Source: the human T2T-CHM13v2.0 reference genome, Homo sapiens
NCBI RefSeq assembly: GCF_009914755.1
Contig: NC_060925.1
Length of the DNA: 64,000 nucleotides
Strand: one strand, 5' to 3'
Shown here piece after piece: positions 50,330 to 64,000 of this stretch (position 1 is its first letter; each line of letters opens with the position of its first letter). The translations under genes were made by a program, and so were the position numbers. The notes under the pieces are model-generated. The model worked only from the letters and a program-made list of their open reading frames with translations, did not search any database and was not told the origin of the DNA.

Positions 50330-50701
50330 GGTGCAGCTACTGGCTCCTCCCAGGTCATGAAGAAGTGTTCTCAAGGGATTAAAGAAAAGGTATTTTACTT
50401 TACTAGGCCTTTTGTAATCTAGCATTGATGCCCTCTCTGTGACAGATAGCCCCATATTCAAATTCTTTTTCATAAAGGTCATTACTGAGTTGTTCAGGTC
50501 TTCCACAGTGGGAATAATTAGCATCACAGTACCCTGATACAGGGGATACACATTGCATTTCCCTTCTTAAGACTAACCTCTCATCACCGAAAGTCTGCTC
50601 ATGAATAATATCATTATATTCTATCTATAATAGGTACCTCCCTAGATTTACTCAGCACCACTAGCTCCCAACATTTTTCTTTTTCTTTTTTCTTTTTTCT
50701 T

Positions 50702-50734
<33 letters not shown>

Positions 50735-51310
50735 AGACAGGGTCTTGCCCTGTCACCTAGGCTGGAGTGCAATGATGCAATCATGATTCACGGCCATTTG
50801 GACCTCCCCAGCTCAGTGATCCTTCCGCCTCAGCCCCCAGAGTAGCTGGGACTACAGGTGTCTACGACCACGCCTGGATAATTTTTAAATTTTTAGTAAA
50901 GATGGGTTCTCCCTGTGTTGCCCAGGCTTGTCTTGAACTCCTGGGCTCAAGCAAATTTCCTGCCTCAGCCTCCCAAAGTACTGGTATTACAGGCATAAGC
51001 CACTGTGCCTGGCCACTCTACCTCTTGATTGTTTTCTCAATGAAGACTCTTAGCTACCACCATAGCTTCATTCCAGACATCACCCCCATGAGCTTATCTC
51101 TATTTCAACAGACATAGGGGCTAGGTCTATTCCATCCTTTTGTCACAAGACAATTCTAATATCCTGCTCCACCCTTAATGGAAGCTGGACATTATTGGCT
51201 TCCACAGTGATAGCCCGAATGGGCCAGATAAGGAGACTCAGCAGTATAGTGGCAAACTGTGTCCAATGAGAGATATAAGAAGGAATGTTACAAGGTAGAT
51301 TCTACTACAA
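50330..51310 (-). mobile_element. Possible ancient ERVL/MaLR internal or LTR relic, interrupted by an AluJ
   Basis: Higher-GC segment with weak resemblance to ERVL internal sequence; family not assignable. Confidence 0.3.
50674..51014 (-). mobile_element. AluJ with a long T/CT tail
   Basis: gagacagggtcttgc, aactcctgggctcaagc. Confidence 0.92.
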
Positions 51311-54300
51311 CTACTCTACAGATAGCTCTCACAACATGTCCTCCTAATTTTAACAGAACTCTCTACAGCTGTGTTTTCTCTGTATATCTTACTATTTAAT
51401 TTATCTCTTTTTCTCTAGACTGGATATAGGTGATTGCGTAAGGGATGAAGGATGATATTTGTTCTCATTTAATGAGTTCTCAATTGGTATGTCCAGAGCC
51501 TTTGTCAAAATGATTTTTACATAATGACTGTGATTTGAAGACTTAGATGGATTTCAAAAGCCTAGGAAATTTCTTGCTCTCCTATTATATCATATTTATT
51601 TTTTATAAGAATCTAACAATGATCAATTTTATTAACATTACATTTATTCTTATTGCTGTTGTTATTGCACCATTGCATGAGAATATTTAATATATTTTAA
51701 ATCTTTTTATATTGCAGATGGTGTCTTTTTAACACCCACACAATACTTATACACACAAATGTCTTACCCTTTAATAATAACTATTGACTTACTATTCCTG
51801 GGTAACCAGCTTTGGCTTCCTCTTAATTTATTAATCCTTATCATTTAAAGCACTATATAAATGTAAATATAGCATTTCTTATCTATTTAAAATATTATCC
51901 ATCATATTACATTCCTTCCAGCTATATCCAAGGGTTGAAAAACATTTGCTTATATTTAGTGTTAATAGCCAAGTTATTAACTTCTTTCACATGTTTTAGC
52001 TGGAGATCCTATTTTATTATATGTCTAAAAATAATAATTTTTTATTACAATTCCCATACTCTCCAGGATATACAATCTGGAATATCACTTATTATCCTAC
52101 TTAATATACATGTCCTCAAATTCCTTTCCATATAATTTTAATCATGTATTTACATTCTCTTTTCATTATAGGAACAGTCCACACATCAACTTTTAAATAT
52201 TTGATCACTTTAATTTATTTAAGAAGTGCTAACATTATCATGTCAGAATCCATCCTAGTATGCTTATTTGGTTGAAAACTAATATTTTCTACTTGCATAG
52301 AGTTTTAATGCAATTTAGTAAAATAATGTTAAAATTTATTGTAGGTTATTCTTAATTTTAAAAAACAAATTTCTAAATAAGTATCTCCTATTAGCTTTGT
52401 TTCATTGATGTAGCTCAACATTCTTTTATCTAGTTGTTCCTGAAAAAAAAATGTTGTTTAATAACTTTCAAATGTCAGAAACAGCGTTAGGTCTTTTAGA
52501 ACTTTGAAAGCTTGGGAGTTGGTGCTACAGGAAATTGCAAATGTGAAGCAGACACCGTGTCTGCTAATAGTAACCTAAACATATTGTGGAGCAGTGACAT
52601 GTATGCAGAGTCTAGCGTACAGCAGAGTGTCTTATATATAATTTGATATGTTCATAAATAAATGGATTGTTCATAATTACAGAGGAATAAAGGAAAGAGC
52701 AGACCCTACCTATCATGAAGTTAAGTAGTACAAAGTATATGATTCATGGAAGTAAGAGATGAGTTTTTCTTAAGGAGCATGTGAAAAATAGAAAGGTGGC
52801 AAAAAGTTAAAGGAGCATTGCAGGAACAGCGGGGTGACACAGACTAGGGCATCTTCGTATAATGCAAAAGGCTACTCTCTTCAATCATTGACAAAACAAT
52901 AAAGTAATTTTCTATCATCATGAAATCTTAAGAAGCAACAGAAAGAGGCATCCTCAAAAAGCATTCCAGGAAGATTAAAGTGGTTACCTGGCTGGAGAAA
53001 GACCTCAACCACCTGAGAGTGACTCTGCAACAGAAAGCAAAAGCTTAGGAGGAAAGATGCTGTGATTGCGTTAAGTGAACTGACTTCAAGTATGGGTTAC
53101 AACTACTACTTGTGGCCTCCTCCACCTTTTAGCTTATATATTGCACAATATTGCAATGTTATAAAGTAGGCTTGTTTTTTTAATATATGTTTCACAATTT
53201 TTATTATTATTATAATTTAATACCTCCTTATATAATCTTATAATATTCCTTAATTTGTGCTTTTTAAAAAATTCATCCCCTTCTGAGGAATTAAACATGT
53301 TTGTTTACCTTTAATATAAGTATGAAGAAATTTGAATGGAACAAAAACCAATATTATGTTTTTTTTTTCTTTTTTCCTTTAGCAGAGAGCATGCAAATAC
53401 TGATGTAAATTTGTAGTGTTATTGAGAATTATAAAAAAGCCTCAGGTCTGATCAAATAATTATCCTTTATTTCCCCTCTTTTCTATGAACTGGCCTGTGT
53501 GGAAATTATAGTCTTGATCACTAATTTGACTCTACCTCTGTTCCTTTAATTGGCAAGCAAACACAATAGCACATTTTTGTAGTGTTTTTTTCATGTACTT
53601 TATATCATTCCAAATATGTTCCCTTTCCTAAATTTCAAAAACAAATATACTTTCTTTTTTTTGCATGTGAAAATGAATTGAGTCTAAATAGTAATTTTAA
53701 AATCATGACAAATAATAGTAAAAGAAACAGAAGTAGATGTCAGAAAGAGACAAGTCTGGTAAGAAGGTTCTACAACATTTGAGAATTTTTAATTATAGTC
53801 TTGGGAATGACAAGAAAAATGGAAGAAATTTGACTTACAGTAGAACTACATTTTGAGTTTCTTATGATAGAAGAAAAAAAGATTTTTGAAATTGAATCTA
53901 CATCTTTGAAATCAAGGTGAAGTTTTAATGGTAGGTATCAACAACAATATAAATAAGTATCAGATACTTGTAGAAAAGTGTCCATTTACTTTTGCTTATT
54001 TTTATTTTGATATTCTTTACAGTTTAATTTAGTAATTTAAAATATATGTATAATGGGATTAATAGGTTGACATTTAATTTTGCTTCCGTACGTTAAACAT
54101 TTTAATATAAATTTCCTTAGGTTGTATTTTTCAGGAGTCTAATCCCATGAAGCCAGGAAAAGACAGAACATGATTATTAGTGCTGAATGGTAGAATTTTT
54201 GCCTTTCTTTTGTATGTTACAAATATTTTTTGATAATATTTTGAGAGGAAAATATCATTTCTAAATGTGTTGAGGCAAACTTTCATATTTCACAAACTGA

Positions 54301-54448
54301 TATCATTCTCAGCACAATATGATTTTAATGTATACGTATTCTCTTTCTCACACACACATTTGCACACATAAACACCTCAAGCATAGATGATTATGTGAAT
54401 CACACTTTATCAATCAAGAAAGAAGAACCACCAGAAGGGTGATATAAA

Positions 54449-54666
54449 CAGTTGATAAAATTTATTTCCTATAAAGAGTCAGAGAGTAAATATTTTAGAT
54501 TTTGCGGGCCATATGGACCTTCTCTCAACCACTCAACTGTGCTGTTGTAGTACAAAAGCAGCATTAGATAATAATACTTAGGTGGCTGGCTGCGTTCCAG
54601 TTAAACTGGATTTACAAAAACAAGTGTGCTTGATTTGGCTCACAGGCCGCAGTTTGCTGATCTCTG
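54449..54666. mobile_element. MER58A (hAT-Charlie)
   Basis: agtaaatattttagattttgcgggccata...gatttggctcacaggccgcagtttgctga. Confidence 0.88.
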
Positions 54667-54689
54667 CTTTGGAGAAGCTAGGGATTTAA

Positions 54690-55151
54690 GGGTCTAAAAA
54701 AGGAGTAACAGCATCAGAGGAAAGTCACTAACCAACCCTCCTGAAGCCAAGAACTTTTACCAGCGGGAGTGTAACCATGAGAGAGCAATGGTGGAAAGGC
54801 AAAGGGAACACTATTGCCTCTGTATCTTGGGTGGTTGGACTGGAATTTGTTGGACACCAGGTTACATATTGGGAATAAATGCTGCAAGTGGAATAAAATG
54901 AGAGCAAGACAAACTGGAACTCACCTCCACCTCCACATCAGTTTCCTGTCTCCATTCCCCACTTCCGCCAACAGCCCCACATCTAATTCCTATGACCTCC
55001 AGAGAGTAATAGCTATGGCTTCGATTATTTTATTCAAATCTACTACTTTTTTTTTTTTTTTTTGCCAACTGTAACTTAAAGCATACAGGAAAGGGGATTC
55101 TGAAGACTGTGGTTACAGTTCAGTCAAACTGATTCAATATGGAACTACCAC
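54690..55151 (-). mobile_element. Ancient ERVL-class LTR, family uncertain
   Basis: catacaggaaaggggattctgaagactgtggtt...actaccaca terminus typical of old ERVL LTRs. Confidence 0.55.
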
Positions 55152-55199
55152 AAATACTTCTCAGGTTACTAAAAAATTTCATTAATAGTCCATGCAAGA

Positions 55200-56460
55200 T
55201 CATTTTCCTTTTTTGTTAGTTGAATTAATTTATTCTCATTATTTTTCATATCTCACTCTCATTCCCACACTTCTCTTACGCAACCATTCTAATGGGTTTA
55301 ATGTTTATAATTGTATTGTAGGTTTTATTGTAAATCACATATTATGTGCACATTTATTTTCAGTTATTGGTATGTTATATGTTATATTTGTATGTTATTA
55401 TATAGGTTATATTTGTCATTCTGTACTTTTTCATTTACATATTTTGAAGAACTATTATGCAATGTTTTCATTTAATCTAGCCCCGTTTAAGATTTATTTG
55501 CAGCAGTTTACTTATACGTCTCTACTAACACAAACATTGCTAAAATGAGTAGCCTTAAATAGGTTCCATTATTGACCATTGTGAGTAAAAATCCTTACCA
55601 ACACTTGCGCATTTACTTAATCTGATTAAATATTGTCTCCAAAATGGGTGGAGGGACATCCTTCTTATTCATCAACAACACTTGCTTCTCTAATATTGGC
55701 CAGTCTAATATTAAAAAGTGTTTAATTTTATTTATCTAATTAGTCAATATTATACAGCATCTTTTTATATTCTAGCTGCTTTTTGGATTTCTTCTTCAGT
55801 ATTTCAAATATGAAGATGGTTCTCTTTTTCTTGTTTAGTTACCAGAAATCCTTGTATAATTTATTAATCTCTTATTTTAGACAGTCAGCTAACATTGTCT
55901 ATAGTTTTCTTACAGTGAATAAAATCTTTAATTTTATTCTTATCAAAACAATAAATATTGTTTAATAATTTTTAAAATAACTTTTTGAAGTTTTGCTAAA
56001 TTTTTACTAGGTTCCATATCCCAACATTAACTTCTTAACATTATTTTATTAATGTCATATTTTTTACTATTATAGTTAGATTTCGAATGTTTTTAATGTC
56101 TGTCTTTTTACATTTTAAATATAGGTACCTTTTTATTTTCTTGTAAAAAATAGTTTTCCCAACTCCTACATAACAACTCCATGTTTTTACTCATTTAGTT
56201 TTGATTTATTCTGCTTGTATACTAAGTTTCCATTTATTATTGTTCTACAAGTGTGATCTCTGTTCCTTTCCATTGGTCCTAACTTCTCATCTTGCACCAA
56301 AAATACTATCTTAAAATGATTATAGATTCTCAGTATGTCTCATAATTGAGAGTAAGAAATATTCCCTCTTTAGTCTTCCTTTTAAAAAACAACTTAACTA
56401 TTTTTGGACCTCTGTAACACTGTTAAAACTTTAATACACATTTATTGAATTTCTAAATAA
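55200..56460 (-). mobile_element. Old L1ME-like relic
   Basis: Degenerate antisense L1 3' and ORF2 motifs. Confidence 0.5.
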
Positions 56461-57099
56461 TCAAGAAACAAATACAAATGAGATTTAATGCATGATAACT
56501 GAGCACAAAGAAAGTGAAAAATTAGAATTACTATAAGAAAAATATGTGTGGAGTGATGAATGCAGTTTAATGGGGTGGAGGAAGGTTGTCAATGAGGGAG
56601 AGAGGAAAAGAAAGACAAAGAGAGCGAGAAAGAGGCAGAAGAAGGAAAACGTGATACATTAATTTCATATTTTGCCTTTGTTACACTATTCAAATGAATG
56701 CTTATGTTTACCTGTTTTTTTTCCTCTTCCAAAAGAAAAAAAAGACTAATTTAATTAGAGTCTGAGATCTAGTCCTAAAAATAAATAAGACTTTTAGGGT
56801 TTGTCTCACCACAAAGATGTCATAATAGGCATCTTTTATTATAATCCTAACATTGGAAAACTGTAATTATGTCAATGATTTTCACAAAGGCAGAGAGTGC
56901 TGCAGAATATTAAAATATCATGAGGAGTGTTTCAAAGGATAGATTTAAAATTCTGTCTCTTGATTATAAATAGCATATTAAAAACATAAAAGGAAATCTA
57001 TATTAAAAAGGAACTGTGTTTCCAGAAACACTGGAGTAAAATATGATACCAACATCTTCCAAGAAATTAATCTTACTGAAAGAAGAGCTATAAAAAAGA

Positions 57100-57500
57100 A
57101 GTATATATATATCAAACACAAAGAAAATCAGCAAATTAATAAACAGTATATTTAATAATTATAACAAATGGCATTAAGAAACTTCAAATCGGGTTAAGAT
57201 GAGAAACTTATAAGATGAGGGAGAACGGCTATCTTTATCAAAGTTTTAAAAGAAATTGTCTCTCTGAATATGACATTCGATGAGAAACATGAATGAAGTA
57301 AATGTAGATTGTTCCAGGAAAAATGAACTGGGTTCAAAAGCTCTTGAGGCAGGAACACGCAGGTGTGTTTGAAGAAGAGGAAGAAGAGCAGAAGAGCAAA
57401 TACAGCTGGAATGCAATGAATGGAATGGGAAATGAAGTCAGAGAAATAAGACTTGCAAACATAGTATCATATACTTCCTTGGAACGTTTAAATTCTAGAC
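57100..57500 (-). mobile_element. L2 relic
   Basis: aaagctcttgaggcaggaacacgcaggtgtgtttgaagaa. Confidence 0.65.
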
Positions 57501-57745
57501 ATGGGCTGAAGAACTTTACTGACACTTGCCTGATTTTCTATGGGAGGTGCCATTATCCCTCATCCTTGTGGGGATGCATGTGTCAGACAATATGTAATGA
57601 TGGAAAGAGTTGGATTATATACATACACACAAATCTATACAAACACAAACAGAGAGAGACAAAAAAGCCATATTTTGATAATATTATAGAATAAGTTAAC
57701 TTTCTATGTGCAGTTTCATAAATTGAGTGGACTTTAAATGAAATC

Positions 57746-58053
57746 TTTTTTTCTTTTCTTTTTTTTTTTTTTTTTTTGAGACAAGATTTTGCTCTGTCTC
57801 ACAAACTGGAGTGCAGTAGCAGGATCATAGCTCGCTATTGGCTTAACCTCCCAGGCTCAAGCGATCCTCCCACCTCAGCTTTCTGAGTAGCTGGGACCAC
57901 AAGCAAGTGCCACATGCCTGGCTAACCTTTTTCACTTTTGTAAAGATAAGGGTCTTGCTATGTTGCTCAGGCTGGTCTTGAACTCTTGGGCTCAAGCAAT
58001 CTTCCCAATTCTGTCTTCCAAAATTCTAGGATTACAGGCAAGAACACCTGGCT
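57746..58053 (-). mobile_element. AluJ
   Basis: gatcatagctc, aactcttgggctcaagc; TSD aaatgaaatctt / aaatcaaaatctt. Confidence 0.9.
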
Positions 58054-58846
58054 AAATCAAAATCTTAACATCAGGAGACTTGGTATATAATAACACTGAG
58101 TAGTATAGCAAGTCTTTATTAAAATGGTAATGTTTTTCACACTCTGTTAACTCATTTAAATAGCACCTAACTTGTCATTTATATTCAATAGTATAAGACA
58201 GTTTATTTAAATTTTCATTAAAATCCATGCAAACTACCATTTATGTAATCTAGTAAAACCAATTTTTATTAGTTTTTATAATTTCGCTATTAAATTTTGA
58301 TACATGTTTGTCTTTTGTGTTTTATGTCTTCAAATTTCAATTCATTTTTTTTACAGTGATAAAAATACCACATAGTTACACAATTTTATTGGAAATTTTT
58401 AATATATATTTGCATTTTAAAATAGTTTTTAAAAGCAATGCACCATGCCAAAACCTACACTTACAGTGTACAATAATAATCTTAATATTACCTGCAGCAA
58501 TCTATGTAAATCACTATAGATTTCAGTCTACACTATATAATCATAAATACAAGTATTTACACTTTGTTAAAGGAATTTTATAAATAATCTAATTGAATAA
58601 ATATCACATTTCATTTTTTAATTATAGCACATGTTAAAAATGAATTCAGGTGGATCACACATGGATTTAAGTGTATAGGAATTATGTTTTAAAATTAAAT
58701 TCTTAAAAATAAAAGGAAAAATAGGTGGCATACAATATTATATAAATGTTAATTTCAAATCATCCTATTACTAGTTAGAGGTAGACCATGTATTTGATGT
58801 GAAGATACAATGGTTTAATATGGACAATCATTATTAATCTTATGAT

Positions 58847-58997
58847 CTTTTCTAAATTATTTAATTTTTGTGAGTATGTAGTAGGTGTACATATTTATGG
58901 GGTGCATGAGATGTTTTGATACAGCCATGTAATGCATACTAATCACATAATGAAAAATTGGGTATCCATTCCCTCAAGCATTTATTATTTGTGTTAC
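58847..58997 (-). mobile_element. L1MA 3' end
   Basis: gtaggtgtacatatttatggggtgcatgagatgttttgatacag. Confidence 0.85.
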
Positions 58998-59407
58998 AAT
59001 AGGCTTTACTTTTAGAGGACTTGTAGGTCCACTGCAAAATTGAGCAGAAAGTCCAGAGCTCCTATATATCACTGCTGTCACACAAGCACAGCCTTTCTCA
59101 CAGTCAACATTCCTCACTAGAGTAGCACATTTGTTACAGTTGATGAATATCTGCAATGAAACATCAACATCACCCAAGGTCCACATTTTAAGTTTCACTT
59201 TCAGTGTTTTACAGTCTATTGATTTAGATAAATGTATAGAGATATATTGGAACATTATAGTGTCATACAGAATAGTTTTTCTGTTCTAAAAATTTTCTGT
59301 GCTGCACCTGTTCATCCCTCCTTTCTCTTTAACTCCTGGAAACAACATTTTTAGTCTTCTTAGTTTTTCCTTTTCTAGAACATCATATAGTTGCAATCAT
59401 ACACTAT

Positions 59408-61666
59408 TAATATGGTTTGGCTGTCTCCCCACCCAAATCTCATTTTGAATTGTAGTTTCCATAATCCCCACATGTCGTGGGACTGTGTGGTGGGAAGTGA
59501 TAGGATCCTGGGAGTGGTTTCCCCCATGCTGTTCTCATGATCATGAGTTCTCACAAGATCTGTTGGTTTTATAAGTTTCTGGCATTTCCCTTGCTTGCGC
59601 TCATTCTCTCTCCTGCCGCCCTGTGAAGAGGTGTCTTCGGCCGTGATTGTAAGTTTCCTGAGGCTTCTCCAGCCATGCAGAACTTTGAGTCAATTAAACC
59701 TCTTTTCTTTATAAATTACTCAGTCTCGAGTTTTTCTTCATAGCAGCCTCAGCACGAACTAATACAGTCAATTGGTAACGCAGAGAGTGGGGTGCTGCTA
59801 TAAAGATACCCAAAAATGTCGAGTCAATTTTGGAACTGGGTAACAGGCAGATATTGGAACAGTCTGGAGGGTTAAGAAGAAGACAGAAAGATGTGAAAAA
59901 GTTTGGGACTTCCTAGAGACTTGTTGAATGGCTTTAACTGAAATGCACAAAGTGATATGAATAATGACGTCCAGGCTGAGGTGGTCTCAGATGGAGATGA
60001 GGAACTTGAGTTTGGAATTGGAGTAAAGCTCACCCTTGCTATGCTTTAGTAAGGTGATTGGCAGCATTTTGCCATTGCCCAAGAGATCTGTGCAACTTTG
60101 AACTTGAGAGCAATGATTTAGGGTATCTGGTAGATGAAATTTCTAAGCAACATAGTGTTCAAGTGGTGGCAAAGCATAAAAGTTTGAAAAATTTGCTGCC
60201 TGGCAATGCAGTACAAAAGAAAAACCCATTTTCTAGAGTGAAATTCAAACTGGATGCAGAAATTTGCATAAGTAATGAGGAGTCAAATGTTAATCACCAA
60301 GACAATGGGAAAAATGTCTCCTGGTCATGTTAGAGAATTTTGCAGCTGTCCCTGCCATCACAGATACAGAGGCCTAGGAGGTCTGTGTCCAGGGCCCCCC
60401 TGTTGTGGGCAGCCTCTGGACTTGGGAGCCTGCATCCCAGCTGCTCCAGCCATGGCTAAAAGGGGCCAAGATACAGCTTGGGGCTGTAGCTTCATGGGGT
60501 GCAAGCCCCAAGCTTTGGCAGTTTGCTTATGGTGTTGGTCCTACAGCTGCACAGAAGACAAGAATTGAGGTTTGGGAACCTCCACCCAGATTTCAGAGGA
60601 TGTATGGAAACACTTGAATGTCCAGGCAGAGGTGTGCTTCAGGGATAGAGACCTCATTGAGAACCTAGGCTAGGACGGTGCAGAAGGAAAATGTGAGGTC
60701 AGAGCCCCCACACAGATTCCCCATTGGGGCACTGTCTAGTAGAGCTGTAAAAATAGAGCCACTATCCTCTAGACCCCAGAAAGGTAGATCCACTGACAGC
60801 TTGCACCATGCACCTGGAAAAGCCACAGACAATGCCAGCCTGTGAAAGTAGCCAGGACAAGGGTGGGCTGTGCCCAGCAAAGCCACATGAGTAGAGCTGC
60901 CCAAGGCCATGGGAGTCCACCTTTTTCATCAGGATGACCTGCATGTGAGACATGGAATCAAAGGAGATCATTTCAGAGTTACAAGATTTGACTGCCCCAC
61001 TGAAAATCAGATTTGTGTGGGGCCTGTAGCCCCTTCATTTTAGCCAATTTCTCACATTTGGGATGGGTGTATTTACCAAATCCCTGTACCCTATTGTATG
61101 TAGGAAGTAACTTAACTTGCTTTTGATTTTACAGGATCCTTGGTGAAAGGGACTTGCCTTGTCTCAGATGAAACTTTGGACTTGGACTTTTGAGTTAATG
61201 ATGGAATGAGTTAAATTTAAGGGACTGTTGAGAAACCATGATTGTATTTTGAAATGTGAGGACATGGGATTTGGGAGAGACCAACAGTGAAGTGATATGA
61301 TTTGGCTGTGTCCCAACCCAAATCTCATCTTGAATTGTAGTTCCAATAATCCCCATGTGTCATGGGTAAGACCCAGTGGGAAGTGGTTGGATCCTGGGGT
61401 GGTTTCCCCCAGGCTGTTCTCATGATAGTGAGTGAGTTCTCATGAGATCTGATGGTTTTATAAGCATCTGGCATTTCCCCTACTTGCACTCATTCTCTCT
61501 CCTGCTGTCCTGTGAAGAGATGCCTTCCATCATGATTGTGAGTTCCCTGAAGCCTCCCAGCCATGCAGAACTGTGGCTCAATTAAACCTTTTTATTTATT
61601 TATTTTTTAATAAATTACCCAATTCTTTGGTATTTCCTCATAGCATTCTGAGAATGAACTAATACA
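59408..61666 (+). mobile_element. Complete THE1 (THE1D-like) provirus: 5' LTR 59408-59766, internal 59767-61292, 3' LTR 61293-61666
   Basis: Two homologous LTRs ending aactaataca; internal ccaggctgaggtggtctcagatggagatgagg; perfect TSD actat (59403-59407, 61667-61671). Confidence 0.95.
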
Positions 61667-61988
61667 ACTATGTAGCTTTTAGATTGACATCTTTCCCTCA
61701 GTAATAAACATTTGAGTTTCTTCCATGTCTTTTCATGGCTTGATAGCTCATTGCTCTTAAGTGCCAAATAACATTGCACTGTCTGGATGAACCAATTTAT
61801 TCATTCATTTAGACACTGAAGGACACCTTGGTCGCTACAAAGTTTTGGCAATTATGAATAAAGTTGCTATAAACATCTGTGTTGCGGGTTTCTGTATAGA
61901 CATCGATTTCCAGCTTTTCTTGGTAAGTATTAAGGAGTAGGATTTGTGAATTGCATGACATGAGTTTGTTTAATTTTGCAAGAAACTG

Positions 61989-62295
61989 GGCCGGGTGTGA
62001 TGGCTCAGACTTGTAATCCCAGCACTTAGGTAGGCCGAGGTGGACGAATAATGAGGTCAGGATATCAAGACCATCCTGGCCAACATGGTGAAACCCCGTC
62101 TCTACTAAAAATACAAAAAATTAGTCGGGTGTGGTGGAGGGCACCTGTACTCCCAGCTACTCGGGAGGCTGAGGCAGGAGAATCACTTGAATCCTGGAGG
62201 TGGAAGTTTCAGTGAGCCAAGATTATGCCATTGCACTCCAACCCAGACAACAGTGCGAGACTCCACCTCAAAAAAAAAAAAAAAAGAAAAAAAAA
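61989..62295 (+). mobile_element. AluSc-like
   Basis: atcaagaccatcctggccaacatgg; TSD aagaaactg. Confidence 0.92.
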
Positions 62296-64000
62296 AGAAA
62301 CTGTCAAGTGGTCTTCCAATGTGACTATCCCATTTTTGCATTCCCATCAGCAGTGTCTGAGAGTTCTTGTTTCTCCACATCCTACTAGGTATGCAGTAGT
62401 ATCTCAATATTGTTTTAATTTGCAGTTCTCTAGTTACTATCACACCACGTTGAACATCTTTTCAACTGTTGATTTACCATCTATATATCTTATTTTGTGA
62501 GTTGTCTGTTCGTATATTTTGCCCATTTTTAATGTACATTGTTTGTTTTATTATTGCTGTGCTTTAAAAGATTTTTTTTGCATATTTTGGATAACAATCT
62601 CTTATCAGATATGTCTTTTGCAAATATTTTTCCTAGTCTATGTCTTGTCTTCTCATTCTCTTGACATTGTCTTTCGCAGAGCAGAATTTTATAGTTTTAA
62701 TAAAGTCCAGCTAATAATTATTTATTTTATGCCTTGTGGCTTTGATGATGTATCTAAAATGTCAATACCATATCCAAGATCATCTAGATTTTTCCAAAGA
62801 GTTTCATAGTTTTGCATGTTACATGTAGTTCTATGATTCATTTTGAGTTAATTTTTTTGTAAAGAGTTTAAGGTCTGTGTGTAGATTCATTTATTTTTGC
62901 ATATGGATGGCCAGTTTTTCCAGTACAATTTTTGAAAGGTTATAAGATTTTCATACCTAAAATTGCAAGTGTTAGTTATTTAAACATAACACGAAAGATG
63001 CAAAGCTACTTTTGAAATTGTAATAAAAAATGTATACTATGGTTTCTCCCAGGTCTTATAGAAACAAAGCTGTTACATGCAACGCAAAACATCTTTGTGG
63101 TAAATAGAAAATATTTTGTTTGTACAGCTTCCTTCAATGTACACCAGTGGAAGATAATTAGTAAACAAGAATTTAATGAGTTGCAAGTATCTTTTTGTTG
63201 TTTGGATTTTTCTAAATTAAAAAAAAAATCCAAACCAAAAATTGTTAAATTTTGATACATGTGTGCACGCACACACACATGCACCCACACACATATTTAC
63301 ATATAAATGACATTTTATTAAAGTTTTTTTTTTCCAATAAAGCAAGTGTTCATAAGTGTTGAATGGCAATGAGTTTAAGGTCATCCTTGCAATAACAATC
63401 TATAACGAAAAGTGTTCTTTATTCCAGATTATGTGCAAAAATTCTTAAATATTCAGCTAGAGCAATGTTTATTTCCTTAATCCTAGGGATTTGTTTTTTG
63501 TTACTTATCTTTATGAAATGAAAGAATTCAACAAAAACATATTACTTAGAATGAGGCACTTACTATAAAGGACAGTGTTGGAGAGGACCTAAGATATAAT
63601 TTTGCAAACTAGTGGGAGGATGAATGATTGAGGCCATCAAGTTTTATGACATAAAGCAAAGATAAATGTGATCTAAAAACTTATCTTTTGAAGCAAATGC
63701 CTCCACACAGTCTAAGAAGAATAATGAATCTCATTGTACCCAATTTCTTATGTACACTAGAAAAGAATGTGTTCAGATACCACAGTTAGGTAATTGAATA
63801 GATTTTTTTTTTTGTTTAATGCTATTTCCACAAATTTAATATTCATTTAAAGATAGATGTTAACTTAAAGGTATTATTTGTGGTATGAGTTTTATATTAG
63901 GCCTGTTATGTATGAGGTTACTACTAGAATGTGTCAAAAAGACATGGTAGCTGCATAAAGGAGCACATTACTTTTGAGCCTATTTAAAGTTATGTCTAGG

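Larger units (their letters stand above)
58998..62936 (-). mobile_element. L1MC-like 3' region hosting a THE1 provirus and an Alu
   Basis: gcaaaattgagcagaaagt, gtagcacatttgttacagttgatgaa; colinear across 59407/61667. Confidence 0.82.

Noticed and set aside
57323-57694. 123-aa ORF with a poly-Glu run
   Set aside because: Overlaps an L2 relic; no recognisable homology
60058-60971. Overlapping short ORFs
   Set aside because: Decayed THE1 internal sequence

Overview
AT-rich, repeat-dense primate (most likely human) intronic or intergenic DNA. I recognise no protein-coding gene or RNA gene. Every long ORF in the track is an L1 ORF2 remnant, an Alu- or THE1-derived frame, or low-complexity noise. 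The window holds about 14 Alus (J, S, Y), two young L1PA fragments, older L1PA15/16-like and L1M elements, L2/MIR relics, solo LTRs (MER61, MER41A, MER67, MST, MLT1), a complete THE1 provirus with a 5-bp TSD, and hAT MITEs (MER58, MER53). I did not find a new gene system. The most unusual signals are DNA-repair or replication scars: a 206-bp, about 98% identical inverted duplication of unique sequence (40522-40727 vs 41808-42013) with stuttered and snap-back junctions, several shorter fold-back hairpins or templated insertions, and two L1 insertions with twin-priming 5' inversions. Subfamily names come from remembered consensus motifs, not a database search. Boundaries of old repeats are approximate.
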